In this document: piece by piece, positions 28,170-30,396 of the stretch
Layout: the number at the start of each line of letters is the position of its first letter
How positions within the stretch are numbered: the stretch's first letter is position 1
From: a virus
Lineage: Duplodnaviria; Heunggongvirae; Uroviricota; Caudoviricetes
Direction: 5' to 3' (one strand)
Virus record (IMG/VR): IMGVR_UViG_2737471845_000005
DNA: 30,396 bases
Translations under genes and position numbers: made by a program
Notes under the pieces: generated by a model
Seen by the model: only the letters and a program-made list of their open reading frames with translations
Told to the model about the DNA's origin: nothing
Database searches by the model: none

Positions 28170-29368
28170 TGGCTCTGAACCTTGATTCTCTCGGTTTATC
28201 TGCAAAGGTAACCGCGGAGGGGATCAGTGCGCCTGATTATCAGACGATACTCAGCACCCTGATTAGCTATTTTCAGCAGATTTATGGCAGTGATGCCTAC
28301 CTCGAACCGGACAGCAAAGACGGCCAGATGGTGGCTCTGATGGCGCTGGCGATTCATGATGCCAATAATATGGCGATAACTGTCTACAACTGTTTTTCAC
28401 CGGCAACCGGCTATGGGGCTGCACTGACCAGTAACGTGAAAATAAATGGTATTTCACGTAAAGGCGCGACGAACTCTACGGTTGATTTGCTTCTTGCAGG
28501 AACTGCCGGAACAACCATCATTAATGGCAGCGTGAAAGACAGTAATAATGTGATATGGCGTTTGCCTGCTTCAGTAGTGGTCGGCGTGGATGGTACAGTG
28601 ATGGCGACCGCAACATGTTCCGTCAGTGGTGCAGTGGCGGCGCTGGCTGGAACTATCACTGAAATTAATACGCCAACCCGTGGCTGGGTTTCGGTAACTA
28701 ATCCTGCTGCGGCTACTGTGGGCACTCCGGCAGAAACTGACGCGGAGTTACGTATCCGTCAGTCGCAAAGTGTTGCGTTGCCATCAATAACCCCATTTGA
28801 AGCACTGGATGGTGCTGTTTCTAATGTTACCGGTGTAACCCGCCACAAACTCTATGAAAACGATACTGGTTCGGAGGACGGTAACGGGTTACCGCCACAC
28901 TCTGTTGCTGTAATTGTGGATGGCGGTGATGTGACGGATATTGCTCAGGCTATCAGAGGGAATAAAGGCCAGGGGACAGCCACTCACGGTACAACATCCG
29001 TTACGGTTCCGGATAAATACGGCAATCCCCATGTAATCAAATTCTCGCGTTCCAGTGATGTGCCTGTTTATGCCCGGATTAAATTAAAAGTTTTTACGGG
29101 TTATACCTCACAGATAGGGCAGCAGATCCAGCAGGCTATTTCCGACTATATCAATAGTCTGATGATTGGTGATTCGGTCCTTTTAAGTCGCATTTACTCA
29201 CCGGCGAATCTTGGCGTGGTGAGTGGCGGGAATGCACGCTATTACGATATTCAGGAACTGACGATTGGTAAATCCCCGGGGGCTTTGTCGTCATCAAACA
29301 TTGATATCAGATACAACGAATCTGCGTCCTGTACCCCGGAAAATATCGTTATAACGGTGGAGTCATGA
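28169..29368 (+). CDS. Baseplate J-like protein
   Basis: 399 aa, position and size match P2 J / Mu gp47-type baseplate wedge proteins. Confidence 0.6.
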   Translation: MALNLDSLGLSAKVTAEGISAPDYQTILSTLISYFQQIYGSDAYLEPDSKDGQMVALMALAIHDANNMAITVYNCFSPATGYGAALTSNVKINGISRKGATNSTVDLLLAGTAGTTIINGSVKDSNNVIWRLPASVVVGVDGTVMATATCSVSGAVAALAGTITEINTPTRGWVSVTNPAAATVGTPAETDAELRIRQSQSVALPSITPFEALDGAVSNVTGVTRHKLYENDTGSEDGNGLPPHSVAVIVDGGDVTDIAQAIRGNKGQGTATHGTTSVTVPDKYGNPHVIKFSRSSDVPVYARIKLKVFTGYTSQIGQQIQQAISDYINSLMIGDSVLLSRIYSPANLGVVSGGNARYYDIQELTIGKSPGALSSSNIDIRYNESASCTPENIVITVES

Positions 29369-30045
29369 GCAAATACACCGAACTAATCACGAACTACCAC
29401 GCCACCAAACCTAAATTTCTTGCACATGTTGATCTGATGACCCGGCCGCTTATTGATGTTGCGGCTGCCACCAGAGGGCTGATTACTGCATTTGATATTG
29501 ACTCTGCGGTTGGTGTGCAACTTGACATTCTGGGATTGTGGATCGGACGTAGCCGTGTTGTCAGCCAGCCTATCTCAGGTGTCTATTTCAGTTGGGATAC
29601 CGACGGGCTTGGATATGATCAGGGTGTATGGCAGGGACCATACGATCCTGATTCAGGATGCATGTATCTCAGCGATGAAACTTATCGTGTCATTCTTAAA
29701 GCGAAGATTGCGATTAATAACTGGGACGGACGGAATGATTCGCTTCCGGCAATTCTTGATGCGGCAACAGCAGGATCCGGGCTACGAATGCAGATAGTCG
29801 ATAACCAGGACATGACGATATCGGTCTGGGTCTTTCCTGATACTGATATTTCAGATGTATCGCGTGAGTTAATTGCGGCAATTAAACAGGGGTATCTCAC
29901 AGTAAAAGCCGCCGGGGTATGGGCGGGTGGCATTGAAACACCTTCTGTGGAAACCCCATCGGAAGGTTCAAAATTTTTTGGTTTTGATATGGATAACGAA
30001 TTCATCAGTGGTTTTGATGTAGGGGCATGGGGAGTATTACTCTGA
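29365..30045 (+). CDS. Tail protein I-like
   Basis: 226 aa between the baseplate J-like gene and the tail fibre gene. Confidence 0.5.
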   Translation: MSKYTELITNYHATKPKFLAHVDLMTRPLIDVAAATRGLITAFDIDSAVGVQLDILGLWIGRSRVVSQPISGVYFSWDTDGLGYDQGVWQGPYDPDSGCMYLSDETYRVILKAKIAINNWDGRNDSLPAILDAATAGSGLRMQIVDNQDMTISVWVFPDTDISDVSRELIAAIKQGYLTVKAAGVWAGGIETPSVETPSEGSKFFGFDMDNEFISGFDVGAWGVLL

Positions 30046-30396
30046 TGGCAAAAAATGACTTTAAAGCATTCGCAACGGGTAAAAATGCCAATGTTATATC
30101 GCAGGAGGAATGGGAAGCGTTGCCTGCGCTTTTATCCGGATTTACAGCAGGGAAAGCCTCCAGTGCGCAAGTCAATAAGGTTATTCGGCAGGCCAGCTTT
30201 ATTGCTGCAGCTCTGGCCCAGTTTGTAAGTGATAAAACGCAACGGGATGTACTTGATAATGGTGATCTGCCCGGTTTTGTTGAATTGCTGGGATCGGGGT
30301 TTGCTGTTGAATACCTGAGCCGCAAGAATCCGTTTGGCGATATCAAATCGGACGGCACGGTGGAAACGGCTCTCGAAAACCTTGGTTTGGGAGAAG
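30045..30396 (+). CDS. Tail fibre protein, N-terminal fragment (3' end outside the window)
   Basis: ORF starts at the ATGA overlap with the previous gene; the + frame stays open to the end of the window; the position after baseplate I is typical of a fibre gene. Confidence 0.55.
   Translation, partial: MAKNDFKAFATGKNANVISQEEWEALPALLSGFTAGKASSAQVNKVIRQASFIAAALAQFVSDKTQRDVLDNGDLPGFVELLGSGFAVEYLSRKNPFGDIKSDGTVETALENLGLGE

Noticed and set aside
1..30396. CRISPR array, integrase or attachment site
   Set aside because: No regularly spaced direct repeats and no integrase-like ORF were seen; the window appears internal to the prophage, so its ends cannot be assessed.

Overview
This window reads as an approximately 30 kb segment of an enterobacterial lambdoid-type prophage, almost entirely on the + strand. 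From left to right it contains: the end of a replication module (replication-initiator fragment and a DnaC-like helicase loader), a few small nin-like ORFs, an AT-rich accessory island (about 2.7-5.9 kb), a YbcN-like/YbcO-like/Q antiterminator block, a late promoter and terminator, two AT-rich moron loci, a lambda-type lysis cassette (S holin, R endolysin nearly identical to lambda R as I recall it, overlapping Rz/Rz1 spanins), terminase small and large subunits, portal, Mu-like head genes, and a contractile-tail/baseplate module ending in the start of a tail fibre gene. The accessory island is the main candidate for a novel system: it holds a convergent, 3'-overlapping gene pair (a small PD-(D/E)xK-like protein and a Beta-protein-family protein, both on the only long minus-strand gene stretch in the window) next to a hok-type type I toxin. 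Other points worth follow-up are a lipoprotein moron with its own terminator inside the tail module, a second convergent pair (membrane protein plus small Pro/Lys-rich protein) upstream of the holin, an ORF6N-domain gene carrying 30-bp tandem repeats, and a sequence-supported -1 frameshift in the tail assembly chaperone. All family assignments are from reading the translations and recalled motifs; no database search was run. Hand-counted coordinates of short motifs may be off by 1-2 bp.
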